Shown: positions 1-13,869 of the stretch, piece after piece
Position numbering within the stretch: the stretch's first letter is position 1
Layout: each line of letters opens with the position of its first letter
Source of the DNA: Laetmonice hystrix
Lineage: Eukaryota
Reading direction: 5' to 3'
Assembly: GCA_965235115.1 (NCBI GenBank)
Contig: OZ249436.1
Coordinates: forward strand, 50,904,001 to 50,968,000
Length of the DNA stretch: 64,000 bases
Notes under the pieces: generated by a model
What the model saw: the letters and a program-made list of their open reading frames with translations, nothing else
The model's database searches: none
What the model was told of the DNA's origin: nothing
Position numbers and translations under genes: made by a program

Positions 1-1139
1 AGGGATGTAGCAATACAACCCGTTCCCCGTCAGTGGGTCGATCTGTGGCATAGTTCCGTATGGCGGCTATCATTGGGTTATCACGTGTTGTCTCAGACGC
101 CAGATCTTCGAACGGTAGGATGAACGTATATCTAGTCGACTAAGACCAAGTTCACTTTTTCTTTTTTCTTTTTTTGTCTAGATTTTCTTTTAAATAAAGG
201 TTGTTTGAGGTTCCCAGTAGAACTTTGGAGTTCCTTGTGGCGGCTGCTTTTTTTTTTAGGTTCTTTGAGATTCTCAGTTGAACTTTTGGACTGATTATAT
301 CTTCGGGGACATCAGGGACACGTTTCGTGATGGTCCGAACTAACAGCTGCATGATATTTAAGTACCAACAATTATTCAAAGAAGTGGTTCTAAATCAGAT
401 TCTCTTATCTTGGCAATGTCAGAACTATCCGGTGAGCCAGGAGTCATAACATTATGAGAAGTGCAAAACAATAGGGAGTGGAGTGTTATATAACACCCAC
501 CTAGCGTTTCATCAGAACAGGTAATTTATTCTTGCCTGCATTTGAAAAGCAATTTATGTTGACAGGAAACATGAAATCTGCATCAGAAAAGATACAACGT
601 ACACCTTGCAATCATACATGTGAGCGGTCGTCAGCATCACCACCGGTTGATATTCCATCTTTATCTACAAATGGGGTCCTGATATACGCTGTCCAGAGGG
701 TGTCCCATAAATACTTGTTTGTACTGCCGAATATAATAGCTGGTCACTAATCTAGCTGTACAACGGCTCAACTGCAGGGTGTCCCAATAAAAAGATAACC
801 GGGAAAAAATGTATCAACGTTTCTCAATTATAGCATTAATATCAAGTCCATTGTAACGTTATTATGTCGAAGAAAGAGTAACATCCGGGTTTTTATGTGA
901 CACACAATGCGGTGCAATCCAAACAGGTGCTCTTACATAACAATGATTTTACTTTGACATATTAAAATACAATCTAGGCAGGTGGCTTCAGGCATAAGAA
1001 AGAACAGAGCTCAACCAAGTAAAATTGCCTTACTTGCAAAAATGAAGTGCACACCGATCAAAAACTCTATCCAAATCCTTTATCATAATCTGTTTCTTTT
1101 GTAAAGGTCACTTAGTCTGTCCTAAGCTTATTGTCCTTA

Positions 1140-2260
1140 AACATGTTTTCCATTCCTATTAACGCAACGCTGAGTACGAGTGTTCATTGCTCTTACTGCG
1201 CCAAGCATCATTTGTCGAGGAGCTTCGACCTAGGCAGTAATCTGGTTTTGTAGATCGTTCAGGTTCCTTGGAGGTGAAATGAAGAATATGTCTTTCAGAA
1301 ACCCTCCAAAAGAAAAAAAATCCAGTTAACTCGGATGAACGAGCAGGCCATTCAACCTAATGATTAAGGGCAATTATGCGATCCTGAAACACGGAGTTTG
1401 TCTTGAACGATGATTCTCCCGTGCGCAGGCGCACCATCTTGCTGTCGAAATGGTTGCTGTTCAAAGTTTTCTGCCATCTGTGGGGCAATATCATCATGAA
1501 TTAAGTCCATGTAGGTTTGTCCATTTACATTGTTTCTGCCATCTGTGGGACAATGTCATCATGAATTAAGTCCATGTAGGTTTGTCCATTTACATTGTTT
1601 CTGCCATCTGTGGGACAATGTCATCATGAATTAAGTCCATGTAGGTTTGTCCGTTTACATTGTTTCTGCCATCTGTGGGACAATGTCATCATGAATTAAG
1701 TCCATGTAGGCTTGTCCTTTTACATTGTTTCGAAAGAAATATGTCCCAAGGAGGATGTCTGTCATCATTCCAGGCAAAAGTAAAATTAGGTGGCTGGCGC
1801 ACTGGGGCATATTCTCGGACATTCTTGTGTATTCGCTTCATCATTCATGTTGAATTCTGCCTCGCCGCCAATGATGAGTTACTTGAACACCCATTCTGGA
1901 CGTTTAAGTAGTTACGTTTATATCTTCGTCGTCGCCAGGAAGTAACTGGTGCATGATTTGCATTTTGTATGGATGCCAACCCAATCTTGTTATTCTGTTG
2001 AAGGTCGTATGTGGTAACACCAGTCCATTACGGCGGGCACTTACATGCTACTTGCATTCAGTTATCTGACGGCTTCAATGTTCGCCACAGAGAGGCGAGT
2101 GCGAGGGCAGCCAGAGTTTCCCCGAGTATCGGTTCAAACGTGTACCAAATTGCTGCTAGTACTATTTTTTCCAAAATTATAATAGTTGATTTTGCCGGGG
2201 GTTGTCTCTCGGGAAATTGTTGCGCAAATGCATTACTTACTTCCGGTGTACATGTATTGT
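1140..2260 (-). pseudogene. Disrupted Tc1/mariner transposase
   Basis: Manual translation across frameshifts gives, in the expected order: AFAQQFPERQPPAKSTI, SGCPRTRLSVANIEAVR, HPYKMQIMHQLLPGD, IIGGEAEFNMN (first-D motif, degenerate), LLGTYFFRNNVKGQAYMDLI, QQDGAPAH, EWPARSSELT, RCVNRNGKH. It has stops and frameshifts. Confidence 0.85.
1465..1730. repeat. 65-bp tandem repeat, ~4 copies, amplified from transposase coding sequence
   Basis: CTGCCATCTGTGGG recurs at 1471, 1536, 1601, 1666. Confidence 0.9.
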
Positions 2261-4153
2261 GACAATGGATGATTTTAAATCTGTTAAAATTCGTTTTTTA
2301 GTGTTAGAGTAACACTAACCCCTCCTAAAACACTAAAGATAAACACTCTTAACACCAGGTGTTGGTGTGATCTCAGTTTAAAGGTAGGTAGGAAATGTGG
2401 ATATTTTCAATGTACTGCCTTTAAAAAAAAATCTTTATAAGAAGGACAAACGTATTAAATGGAACTCCGAAAAAATGGCGAGGGTGCTCGTGATGCCTAT
2501 AGATCGAGAAGCATGTCATGTAGGCCTACCTGAGATTGAAGAAACAGGGGAGAGCTTCAGAAATATATAGGGCCTACCCTTGTTGGGGAGTGCTTTGATG
2601 CTGGGGGTAAAGCAATTGAAAATCTGCAGAATTCTACTGGATTCTACCACTAACACCTCACACCTATTTTCGACCTGTGCCCCTGCTTGATCTCTAGGGT
2701 TTAGTGTTACCACTAATAGAAAATGAATTGGAACATAACACGCGGTTCGGATTACGATCACACTAACTACTGACACTAAATCCACAATCTCACTAAAGCC
2801 GAATTAGCTACGACGTGTCACGATCTGATAAATCGTGTAGATTTGGAAAATGTCCTAACTCGGTCGTAGAGTAGACTTGATAGATCCTCATAGGTCGGGA
2901 TAGGCAAAGATTGCACCCCAACAATTTTGAACTGTTCAAAAATAATCGGCATTGGTCGGGGGAAAAGCTCAAATCTGGGCTATATTGTAGCTCAGCCTTA
3001 GTTTATCGTAGGACAATTGCCAGAAAATTAAAGATGTGAGTTCAAAATTAGTGTGATCACATTGTGTTAGTGTTGGGATCAGGTGTTGGTGACATCTTAA
3101 CACCAATTTTGACCTCACCCACTAGTGTACACCTTTTGAAAAAGTGATTACATAACCACTCTTTGACATCAGGTATAGTGCCATGGTCAATGTCAGCCCT
3201 TCCTGCGGAGAGGGGGTTATCCATTTCCATTACATAATGGATGTGTTCCTAGCCAAACACTGCCAAATACTTGGAACGGAAACTGTTCTAAATAACGTTT
3301 ATACCTGTGTAAACCAAGTACTAATTCCTAAGCCGATTACTTCAGCCGTGGTGTACTTTGAGAGCTGAGATGTTATTCTTTCTATTGAATAATGCAATGG
3401 AGTTTATATTAATCCCATAATTGAGAAATATCTATACGTTTACCGGTTTCCTTTTATTGGGAAACCCTGTACTATTTTAATCTGACGTTGGCACATACAT
3501 AGGCGCCGGAACCGGGGGGGGGGCAAGGGGGGCAGGGCCCCCATAGGTCTGAAACGGGGGGGGGGCAGCATTATACTTTGCCCCACCAGCTCAAAGGCAG
3601 CAGAAGGGAGTTTTAATGAACACTCGTGAGTAACACAGGCCCGTAGCTATAGGTGGCAAATGGTGGAAGGAAATGTCTCACGAATTTCGTTTCACAAAAA
3701 AGGAAGAACAATTTTAAACATCGCCAAATCTCATTTCAGTCACTGAAACCTAGGACTAGGCCCTACTTGGCTTCCGAGCCCCCGGAAGCTGTTGTTCATA
3801 TTGCTACGCACATGACTATGCAAATTATAGTGTGTGCAAATTAGGAGCTCTTCTGTCAGTAATCGCAGTATTCGATTCGAACAAGCGAAAATAGGTTTCG
3901 AATATTGTTATCATTATTCACGGAAAAATCACGAATTCTGGAACTTCATTCGTTGCGGACTTTTGCCGAATGTGTGCTCTACACCCCAACAACACAACGT
4001 TAAAACGATTGACGACATGCCAAAATTGTGGCATTCATCGTGTTTGCGTGCACTCGGGCTAGTTTTTGTAATATTTTCCACCATCAGGGATAATTTGGAA
4101 ATTTTGAAATTTCTGGTTGAACAACAACAAGATCGGGGGCGGGTTGATCCTAG

Positions 4154-4810
4154 TCAGGTCCCAGAGTGATTGATTACTGCATGTCGCCAGGTGTTGTCAG
4201 GGCCCACAGTGATTGATTACCGCTGTCGCCAGGTTGTCAGGGCCCAGAGTGATTGATTACTGCTGTCGCCAGGTGTTGTCAGGGCCCTGAGTGATTGATT
4301 ACTGCTGTCGCCAGGTGTTGTCAGGGCCCAGAGTGATTGATTACTGCTGTCGCCAGGTGTTGTCAGGGCCCAGAGTGATTGATTACTGCTGTCGCCAGGT
4401 GTTGTCAGGGCCCAGAGTGATTGATTACTGCTGTCGCCAGGTGTTGTCAGGGCCCAGAGTGATTGATTACTGCTGTCGCCAGGTGTTGTCAGGGCCCAGA
4501 GTGATTGATTACTGCTGTCGCCAGGTGTTGTCAGGGCCCAGAGTGATTGATTCCTGCTGTCGCCAGGTGTTGTCAGGGCCCAGAGTGATTGATTACTGCT
4601 GTCGCCAGGTGTTGTCAGGGCCCAGAGTGATTGATTACTGCTGTCGCCAGGTGTTGTCAGGGCCCAGAGTGATTGATTACTGCTGTCGCCAGGTGTTGTC
4701 AGGGCCCACAGTGATTGATTACCGCTGTCGCCAGGTGTTGTCAGGACCCAGAGTGATTGATTACCGCTGTCGCCAGGTGTTGTCAGGGCCCACAGTGATT
4801 CATTACTCCC
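4154..4810. repeat. 42-bp minisatellite, ~15.5 copies
   Basis: Unit GTGATTGATTACTGCTGTCGCCAGGTGTTGTCAGGGCCCAGA; explains the 14-aa periodic ORFs on both strands. Confidence 0.95.
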
Positions 4811-5771
4811 GCCTGGCAACCTGCTTTTAAATGCAAATAAAAATGTTTGCTATATGTGGATGATTATAGGAAATTGGCTGGCCATTGGTCCGTTCAGCAA
4901 ATCCGTCACATGCACTAGATTGTTTATTTTCCAATACTCTATTCTCAATCGTTCAGTTTAGAAGGTTACACTTTTTTAAAATCTTCTGATTCCATTTTCT
5001 CGAAGACAAAATATATTCCATGCGGAATAAATCGATTAGTTCTGGAATACTATATGTGATTGATAATTATGTTGTTTGAACATCGAATCCACTCGCAGCA
5101 ATATCCGTCGTTATTCAGCGCTAGCCGATGGTTCTGTTATCGAACCACACAAATTGTTATAATTTTAGGAAATAGGATTTTAAAATGACCTGGTACGTAC
5201 AGAGCTTTGCAGGAACCAACACCCAGATGGAACGCCTCAAATCTGAATGACTTTTCGTGAGTGAAACCTGCAGAAATGTGGATCGCCACCATGAACAGGA
5301 TTTTCTGTGCATGGATCCGCATCCGCCACCGCTTTGCAACTGTTTGGCGACTCCCATGGTGACTGCAGTGGCCAACAGTGGATCAGCTTTTGCAAATCAT
5401 TCAGCCAGATGTTCATGGCGATATAAAATCATTTAATTCAGCCAAGGGACCCCACGATTCCCAGGAGGTGGCGGGGACAATGACGAGGATGAAGTGCATG
5501 GGTATGGGTACTGGCATGAGTATTTTATATGCCCAGTTATAGTGCAGACAGGGCTAGACACGTCAAAACCCTTTGATAACCCAGTCTCGAGAAGGAGACC
5601 TTTCAAAGTGACGGAGCCAGTTGCGAACCAGTCGCCACCATAAGGTATAGATATTTTCCAACCAACAAACTGGCAGCGGGGGCAATAATTTTCGGGAATA
5701 CGTTAAACCTACCCCCCCCCCCCCAACCGCGCCTGGTGCCGACCGTCAGTGTACGTTAGCGGACCCCCCAG

Positions 5772-5962
5772 AGGTTATTCTCCCATGGTAACTTCCCACA
5801 AAACTTTTAGGTAAGGGTTCGGGTTAAGGTCAGGGATAGGGATATGTTTTTCGGAGGTATAGTTACCGGAGTTAGGGGTTAGGGAGGTCAGGGGTATGGA
5901 TAGTGATAGATATTTACTTCCGACCAAATTTCGTGTGGTTTAATTCACCATGGCGGATGTAC
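5772..5962 (+). mobile_element. ~190-bp interspersed MITE-like repeat with GGTTAGGG-like motifs (family A)
   Basis: Related copies at ~21890-22030 (-), ~28185-28375 (-) and ~47451-47640 (+). Shared motifs include GGGTTCGGGTTAAGGTCAGGGATA and CCAAATTTCGTG. Confidence 0.75.
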
Positions 5963-6502
5963 CGCTCCAGACCTCCATCTCTGCCTTTGAAGCATCGGTA
6001 CGCGTTTCACAAGCCTGTTAGTTTGTCGTGTCTTCTGTGAAACCCCAAATTCTCAAGAAACCACTAATTTCGCTATTAAAATAGGCCCCCAAGGGTGCAA
6101 AATGAAAGTCAAATACGCCGCTTGTGCTTTGTAAAAAATTAAATTCGAAAATAAAGCTTTTAATTCTGCGCTTGCTCGTCGTTTCCTCTTGCTTAAAGGG
6201 AAATGTGAGTGTTCAAAGCGCCGCGTAGTGAGTCGTGTTGATACTACTGGGGAAATGTGAGTCAACCAGTTTGATGTGGAAATCAGTAGTATTTTTTAAA
6301 CCATGAACCAAATTGTGTGCCAGAACCCGTCTACTCCATTCAATGCTATAGTCAAGACCCGTGATTTACCAAGGCACTGACTGTTTGGCAGGCTGTAACT
6401 TTTTTTCATTCGGCGACCCCCATTTTTTTCTTTTAAACTATTAGGCCTGATCCACTTTATCTTATCACCGAGTTTCAGGAGAAAATCAGTGGTCGTTTTT
6501 AA

Positions 6503-6976
6503 AGGGGCATATTATGAGGAAACGTGAAAAATCGGTATTTCGAAGAACTTTTGCTTTTTCATAAAGAGATCCTTCATTAAAATCGCTTGGTAAACAAAGA
6601 CAGACTTATCAGTTTCATTTTGCGTGAGAAATCGAAGTTTATGAACCTCCCTTGCTGGCTTCTCTGCCTATTTCGTAAAATATTTTTTGGGTGGCATTCT
6701 GATGCTGGACGATCGAGTGCAACTGCTGAATTGTTTACAACTAAGCGAAGCACGTGACTAAGCACATGCAGGGAGTGCACACGCAGGATGTGGCACAGTA
6801 CACGGGTTGATGGGAGGTTGTCTACCAAATTATGGCGGGAAATGTGCTATCGGGAGAAATCTATGCGTTTGGTCGCATAGAACCTACTTGTAGGATTATT
6901 TACTTGGATCCCTAGTACACGGTCATGTTGGATAATTGCCGGAAATCCTCCAAAACGTGTTCCATAGGATGCCCCT
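6503..6976. mobile_element. TTAA-flanked MITE (Kolobok-like), copy 1
   Basis: TTAA|AGGGGCAT...ATGCCCCT|TTAA; a highly similar inverted copy lies at 36747-37269. Confidence 0.85.
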
Positions 6977-8530
6977 TTAACTATTAGTCAAATGTCTGGA
7001 AAATCCCGTTTTTTCCCATTGAAACTTATAGTAAAGACCCATTTTTACGGAGGCCTGTATAAAAAAATCTAATTTGGTGACATCTGTTTTTTATTTCTTT
7101 GTACTCCTAAGGACAAAGGCTATCCCCAGGCTAACACTGACATTTCCCTTTAAACATTTCATCATCACATGCAACTAGTACACGAATGTCATAAAACACG
7201 AAACTCTATGGGATATATCGGAACGCATTTCCTATTCAGGCGCAAGATTACACCTCTTTTTATCTCAATCCGATCGGATCTTTTTAATAAACCCGCAAGT
7301 CGTCATCACGTCAACATCGGCTCCAACACGCCTCCAAATCTAGGCCGTCAACCGTTACTATAACGCGGCTAATCGGACCACCAATACCCGCGGATGGCTG
7401 ATGACCTGAGGCAGAGTTAGCTGTGATGGTAATGCACGTGCAATGATTATTCCTGGTCGAACAATGTCCAGTTGGTACTAATCACTATGGCGACCACCCT
7501 GGGCGAGCCTCGATCTGGTGTTTCTGGGTTAAAGGTTCTCACCTTGACGTGGGAATGTACCCGGCGGCGGATCATTGGGCAATGAATATTCGTGCTAACC
7601 ACTGAACCACCACACAATCGTATACGTTGTCCTGGAGATGCTGCTGAAAGAAATGGGAACATTTCGATGCTACTTGCTTCATCAGTCGGTTAACACTTTC
7701 TTTCTCGGAGATAAAGTAAGCATGGGGACACAATAACTCTGAATGGTTATGCCCTCGACCAACATGTACTTGAAAAGAAGTCATCAAAAGTGGAAAGAAG
7801 GTTAAGGTGTAGGCCTAGATACAGTTGTGGGGAGTCTCTAAAGGGGGGGGGGGGGGGTTACTTCGATTCATAGCCCGGTTATTGCTCGCCAAACACTTTC
7901 AAAAAGACAACGTTTATATTTTGAACGTTTATATTTTCAAGCCAGCGTAAATTTGAAAGCATTGAGTTCTCCGCGACAAAACTCTGTCCGTCTCTTTGTA
8001 TTGAACAGTTTTAGTATACTATTTTTGGTGATTGGATAAACTGTTACTGGCAATATAATTTATAAGCATTAATTTAATCTTTTTAATTTGTCTTAAAAAA
8101 AGGTTGTTCAGGAATAACGACCATCACTTCAAACAGGGCGTCTTTTTCTGCCTTAGGGAACCACACACTCTAGCTATAGGCCACTATTTCCTACAGGCCT
8201 ATCTACTTCGCAGAATCGTAGAAACGCAAAACATTTCGGTTCATATCAGTTAACTTCATGTATAAAACATATATAATCAAGGTAGCTATATGATCAGTAG
8301 GCCCTACGTGAAATAGCCTAATATAGTGTTACCGGTCAACGGCCTGATGATTTGACATAGGCTTATAAATGTACCTGACTAGAATATGCTGAAAGAAGGG
8401 CCTTTTCTTACGCCAGCCATTTTTCTAATTAGGGCCAGGCGCGCGTCAGCCCCTTTATCAATATTAACCGTGCCCAAGTCACTGTATGGGCGCCGGACGA
8501 CTCCGCCAAAACATGCAGCGCATGGCGCCG

Positions 8531-8766
8531 TCACGACGTTTTGTTCAGCATCGTTGCGAAAAGGACAGTAACAATCGCCATTAGCAATGAACACGTGCAG
8601 GGCGTGGACGACCGGGGCGCAGGCGCTGTGCTCAAAACCGGGCCACCATTACAGGCTGTTGTATTGCACGTTTCGTAGCAGACGCGGACGTCCTGTTGCT
8701 CAATCTGTTTCACGGTGCACAGCGGTTCGATGGCCTTCTTGTTGCACCCTCGAAAAACGATGGAAC
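8531..8766 (-). CDS. Ly6/uPAR three-finger (Quiver-like) GPI-anchored protein, last exon
   Basis: Acceptor ttccgcag|GT (phase 1). Encodes (G)SIVFRGCNKKAIEPLCTVKQIEQQDVRVCYETCNTTACNGGPVLSTAPAPRSSTPCTCSLLMAIVTVLFATMLNKTS*: C-X4-CN LU terminus plus hydrophobic GPI-type tail. Confidence 0.88.
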
Positions 8767-8854
8767 CTGCGGAAACAGAATGTCAAGTATCGTATAGGCA
8801 GTGCACGGCTATAGCCTATAGGAGTGGTAGAACAGTGGGTTTTGTACGGCTAAA

Positions 8855-9409
8855 AGACCCTCTTTCTATGCACTTGTTGGGCTAAATACCTAAATTTGAT
8901 CTAGCCCCACTCATGATGCAAGTCATGCTCGTGTGACACAGGCTAATTAAGTAGGGAGTTTCCCATTTTCGGCACGGCGGCACCCACTCGGCACACCGTT
9001 CGACTGACTGACGTCATGTCTCGGCTGTACGACGAAGGTCGGCATGTTGGGGGGTGGCTAGGTCGGAATCAGTGGCCCGCATGTAGACAACAGCAAACTG
9101 AAAGTCCCACGGTGCCGCCGGACTTTACAGAGTTAAAATATCTGGTTTGTTCGCAGGTGACGAAGAGACTGCTTTGCCTCTACGGTAGAAAATTCGAGAA
9201 GGATAGGTATGTGTCTCTACATCCGCGATGCCGTTTTACAAGACTTTGCGCAAATCCTGGGGAAATGGTCGCTTCATACATCCGAGGCCTGGTTCGCCTC
9301 CTGCGCAGTGTGGTGAAAACCCATGATTCCCACGAGCATGACTTGCATCAGGAGTGGGGCTAGATCAAATTTAGGTATTTAGCCCAACAAGTGCATAGAA
9401 ACAGGGTCT
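8855..9409. mobile_element. MITE with ~78-bp near-perfect TIRs (intronic)
   Basis: AGACCCTCTTTCTATGCACTTGTTGGGCTAAATACCTAAATTTGATCTAGCCCCACTC... is inverted at 9331-9409. No clear TSD. Confidence 0.85.
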
Positions 9410-10237
9410 ACTGGGGTTTATCTGGTTGCGCGACAACTGCATGGCGACAGGCCAAAATACAATTTGCGGCTTGCCGGGGCAAAATCGCCAACTTTCTGGC
9501 GACTTCCTACTACAATTCAGGACATTCCTCATCGCTTATTACTTTTTTAGGCCAAGGTTTTGTGCCAAAACATCAGAATAGCGCGACATTTGGCGGCAAG
9601 GTCGGTGTAACGATTGTAATAAACCACCATGTGGGCGTTTGGCGACATCACAAATCCACACTCGTACGATACATATAACCAACAAGTATTACATGCATAT
9701 TTCAGATGGAGGTTCGAAGAAGGCCTGGACCGTTGTCTTATAGTAAAAGAAAGTAGGTTTCAGATCATGCCAGATGGCATTCCATCTGTGTATTAGGTCA
9801 ATCAAGGAGGAACCAGATGGCATTCCATCTGTGCATTAGGTCAATCAAGGAGGAACCACTCGGGTCCTCGTAAAATCGGCACCACCTCGGCCTGACTCAA
9901 CCCCAACAGGCCTACATCATTGAAGAGATGCTACTTAACTCTCGGTCTAATCCTCAGTACGCCTTCAACTCAATGAGCGAACGTGGAAGGGAATGACTAC
10001 CAATGTACCACATGACAGTGAGTTAAATGTTGAATACACCATCCAGCTGAATAAGAATAATTGATGACATAATATTCCTCATTCCCCTCATACTTCTAGA
10101 AAGCACACTATATAGCAGGCCTAAATATGAACGCAGTTAGATCAGGCAAGCTTTCTGATAACATCAGCATGATTTTTGCTTCTTCCCCTGATCTGGAACA
10201 CCGCGCAATTTCCATTAAAATTAGCATCTGCCATTTC

Positions 10238-10870
10238 TAGTTATTTGAGATGGTGCCCCGTGGTGCAGATCCCGAGGTTTACGTTTCAGTATCTGCGGTA
10301 TTATTATTTGAGATGGTGCCCTGTGGTGCAGAGCCCGAGGTTTACGTTTCAGTATCTGCGGTATTATTATTTGAGATGGTGCCCCGAGGTGCATATCCCG
10401 AGGTTTACGTTTCAGTATCTGCGGTATTATTATTTGAGATGGTGCCCCGTGGTGCAGATCCCGAGGTTTACGTTTCAGTATCTGCGGCATTATTTAGATG
10501 GTGCCCCGTGGTGCAGATCCCGAGGTTTACGTTTCAGTATCTGCGGTATTATTATTTGAGATGGTGCCCCGTGGTGCAGATCCCGAGGTTTACGTTTCAG
10601 TATCTGCGGTATTATTATTTGAGATGGTGCCCCGTGGTGCAGATCCCGAGGTTTACGTTTCAGTATCTGCGGTATTATTATTTGAGATGGTGCCCCGTGG
10701 TGCGGATCCCGAGGTTTACGTTTCAGTATCTGCGGTATTATTATTTGAGATAGTGCCCCGTGGTGCATCCCGAGGTTTACGTTTCAGTATCTGCGGTATT
10801 ATTATTTGAGATGGTGCCCCGTGGTGCAGATCCCAAGGTTTACGTTTCAGTATCTGCGGTATTATTATTT
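10238..10870. repeat. 63-bp minisatellite, ~10 copies
   Basis: Unit ATTTGAGATGGTGCCCCGTGGTGCAGATCCCGAGGTTTACGTTTCAGTATCTGCGGTATTATT; 21-aa periodic ORFs. Confidence 0.95.
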
Positions 10871-12137
10871 CAGGGCCCCAACAGTGATTCTAAACGAGCC
10901 ATTTCTCATCGCTTGTTTTTCATTTTGAAACTACAATGGGAAACTTTCGAAGAGAACATTCGAACAATTTTTTCAGCAGGTGTGCCCGTTAGGATTGGGA
11001 AATAATCATGCAGTATTAAAATGGTGACAACCAGAAGCGGCGGGAAGTGTTTCTTCCCAACAATCTCCCTTAATGTAGAGGGGCTTGCTCCACTACCCCT
11101 CTGCCACACCTCACTTTTTACGGAGCCAATCGCTCCTCTACATACGCGTTGAACTCCGTTTTTGCAAAGTCGGCCGCCCTTTATGGTATCTATACAATTT
11201 AACGTAGGCCTACCTCTAAATCCCAAAACCGAGATTATAACAAGAGAAATATCAGATGAAATATTGGGAACTACATCTGCGGAGGGAGATCAGTTATAGT
11301 CGCAAGTCGGGTGGGATGATTCAAAATACTTCGGGTGTTTCCGACTAGGTAGCCTACTACCGTTCAACATAGCGGCCGCATTTGATTTCTCCGAAGATTT
11401 AGATGTTTGTGTGGCATCATATTCTGACAGTCTGCGTCGTAAAACTAAAAGTAAACAACAAGAGTGCTTCAGCAAAATCAAGCAGCCACGATTCCAGCTC
11501 GGCTGGCCCGATCGGGGATTTCTAGGTCAGGTCAGGGGTCACTTAAACGGCAGTACCTAGCCTGTGGCAGAGATTGAATGAAGTGAGCGATCTCTGTCCG
11601 GAGAGTGCCTTCCCAATTTCTTAGCGCTTCCAAGTTGAATAGTTTCCATTTTCACACTCGATTCCTTTCGGCATTCTTCGTTCGTTCGGGGAAAGCACTC
11701 TCACAGATTATATCACTCACGGCCTAAATAGGAACATGCGCGCCACCTCACTCGTTAGATTACTACACCAGTGACATAAAGTAGGCCTAGGCCTATCGAA
11801 GAGGGGCGTCAAGCAGTGTTATTTCTTTATGTAAACTTACGCTGGGTGTGTGTTTGGATTAACGACCGGTTCGACTGGTGTCACGGGGAAATCCGCCATA
11901 TAGCTTCTCAAAAGAAATAGGCCTAGTTCGGCAAGCGGTGTCCTCGTTAGCCTGGCCCCCTGCGGCTTACCCAGGGCCCCGTGCAGGATCTGTGAGCGTT
12001 CGTTTCAGCAAATGGGCGCGAATGTGAGCGTGCCAAGTTCCCATGGACAAACCAGCCATTTGGCCAACGATTGTGAATCGTTTCGAGATCTCAGCTTCGG
12101 TATATACGTATACCGATTTTATTCTTCAACTTATGCT

Positions 12138-12266
12138 GTCTAGGATAGACGCCATGTCTAGGATAGACGCCATGTCTAGGATAAACGCCATGTCTAGGAT
12201 AGACGCCATGTCTAGGATAGACGCCATGTCTAGGACAGACGCCATGTCTAGGATAGACGCCATGTC
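12138..12266. repeat. 18-bp tandem repeat, ~7 copies
   Basis: Unit GTCTAGGATAGACGCCAT. Confidence 0.9.
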
Positions 12267-12499
12267 TTGCTCACACAATGAGAACTGTCCGAGCTACCCT
12301 TCGCAAATCTTGATGACAATATTTTACAGGGATTACCTGATGTCCACACAATGCAACATAAATTAAATCCTATGAACAATGTATTTGAAGACTAGTATGA
12401 CATAGATCTGGATGAAAACTTGTTTCAAATTCATAATGATTGTACGTACATTGGTACGGATGAACCAAGTGGTAGGCCTAAGGGTTTTTTTTTATAAAC

Positions 12500-13480
12500 A
12501 AGGGAAATTTCAATATTCTGAACTTGAACATCAGAAGACTTCCGAAAAACTTTGGCTGATTCCTTCAGTTTATAGAACCGGTACTTGGCCATTGACATCG
12601 CATCATTATTACACAAACATATATAGGGCCTACAGAGGTTTAAACCAACTCATAACTTTATAACCAAATAATGAGGTGGTGGCGTGTTTATCTACATAAG
12701 AAATTATATTGTTTTCACTCAAATCAAATGGTTGAATATATCACTTTTTGATTACGGACTTCTATTTATTAAAATTCAGAAGGAGAATGTTACCAAATAG
12801 GGATATATTACTATCATGCCAAGCCAGAGAAAACTGCCTATATATTGCTGGCGATTTTAATCTTGATTTAATGAAATGCTCATCGAAATCCTTAATTCAG
12901 ATATTCATGGTTGTAATAACTTCATTTGGACGATTGCGCCTTATCACCAAACAGACGAGAATATCGCCAACCTCAAAGGCATTAATCGATCATATTTTCA
13001 CAAATACATGTAATTTCGTTAACAATCAGACTTCTTATACTTTTAATTACGTCCATCAATGTCACCCGGAAAGCCAATGAAACACCAAAACATAATGGTA
13101 AGATGTTTCTCAAAGTGAAACGTGGATATCTTTGCTGAAGAATGTTCCCGGATAGACTGGGACACTATTCTTTCCTATAGACTGAAGCACATCAGACGGC
13201 ATATATATACCACCCTGGATCAAACATCCTTTCCAATGAAATGTACCTGTAAAAGTTATAAAACTAGACTTCTGTTGATCACCCAAGACAAAGAGAAGAT
13301 GCAAAAACGAATTATGCAGACTTTTACGAAAACACGCAACCCATGAATCATAATCTCTACATCTTTCAATTCGAATAAAACCCAAATCTTGAGAATATAC
13401 CTAGACTTCTCCAACGCATTCGACACTGTAAATTTCCTAATTCTCCTTTACTAAATGCAATACTATCAATCAGAGGGCCA
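12500..13480 (+). mobile_element. Highly decayed CR1/L2-group LINE (APE endonuclease + RT fragments)
   Basis: GGGVFIYIRN (~12675), IAGDFNLDL and TRISPTSKALIDHIFTN (ORF 12748-13080), and RT-like YLDFSNAFDTVN..ILL (~13398). Large internal deletions. Confidence 0.8.
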
Positions 13481-13740
13481 CCCTCATGTAAAACAAAATT
13501 AACCCATAGAACACACCATGTCGTATGTGAGCATTGTGTGCAAGAGTGGCGGTCCTTTCAACAGGACCCTTGTGATTGGTTAAATAGACTGTGACCAACA
13601 TATAATGTAAGGTTCCCACCTCGTCGCATCAGTGTGCATACGATGATTGGAACCGTTTGTTACCGTTGAACGTTCCCATGGTTTCTTCACTACCCCCCCC
13701 CCCCCCCAAAAAAAAAAAAGAAACTCTCCATTGGTCTTAC

Positions 13741-13869
13741 CTGTGTTGACCTTGCCGACGTACTTGAGACAGAACTTGTTCTCCGGACTGCAGTCTGTGG
13801 CGGGAAGGGTACCGCTTTCACAACCCTTGTCCCGCAGTGTCGTGCACTGGACGCACTGGATGCACCACC
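13741..13869 (-). CDS. Ly6/uPAR three-finger protein, middle exon (129 bp, phase 1-1)
   Basis: tcccgacag|GG...ACAG|gtaaga. Encodes (G)WCIQCVQCTTLRDKGCESGTLPATDCSPENKFCLKYVGKVNT(G) and joins the last exon in frame to give a 10-Cys LU domain. Confidence 0.9.

Larger units (their letters stand above)
775..3469 (-). mobile_element. Decayed Tc1/mariner DNA transposon (probably DD41D rosa/Visitor-type) with a nested ~0.9-kb insert (~2290-3180)
   Basis: Inverted termini CAGGGTGTCCCAATAAAA (775) and TTTTATTGGGAAACCCTG|TA (3469), enclosing a broken transposase on the minus strand. Confidence 0.85.

Noticed and set aside
4217..4830. 200-aa and 179-aa repetitive ORFs
   Set aside because: By-products of a 42-bp minisatellite; no unique coding flanks.
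10176..11005. 21-aa periodic ORFs
   Set aside because: By-products of a 63-bp intronic minisatellite.
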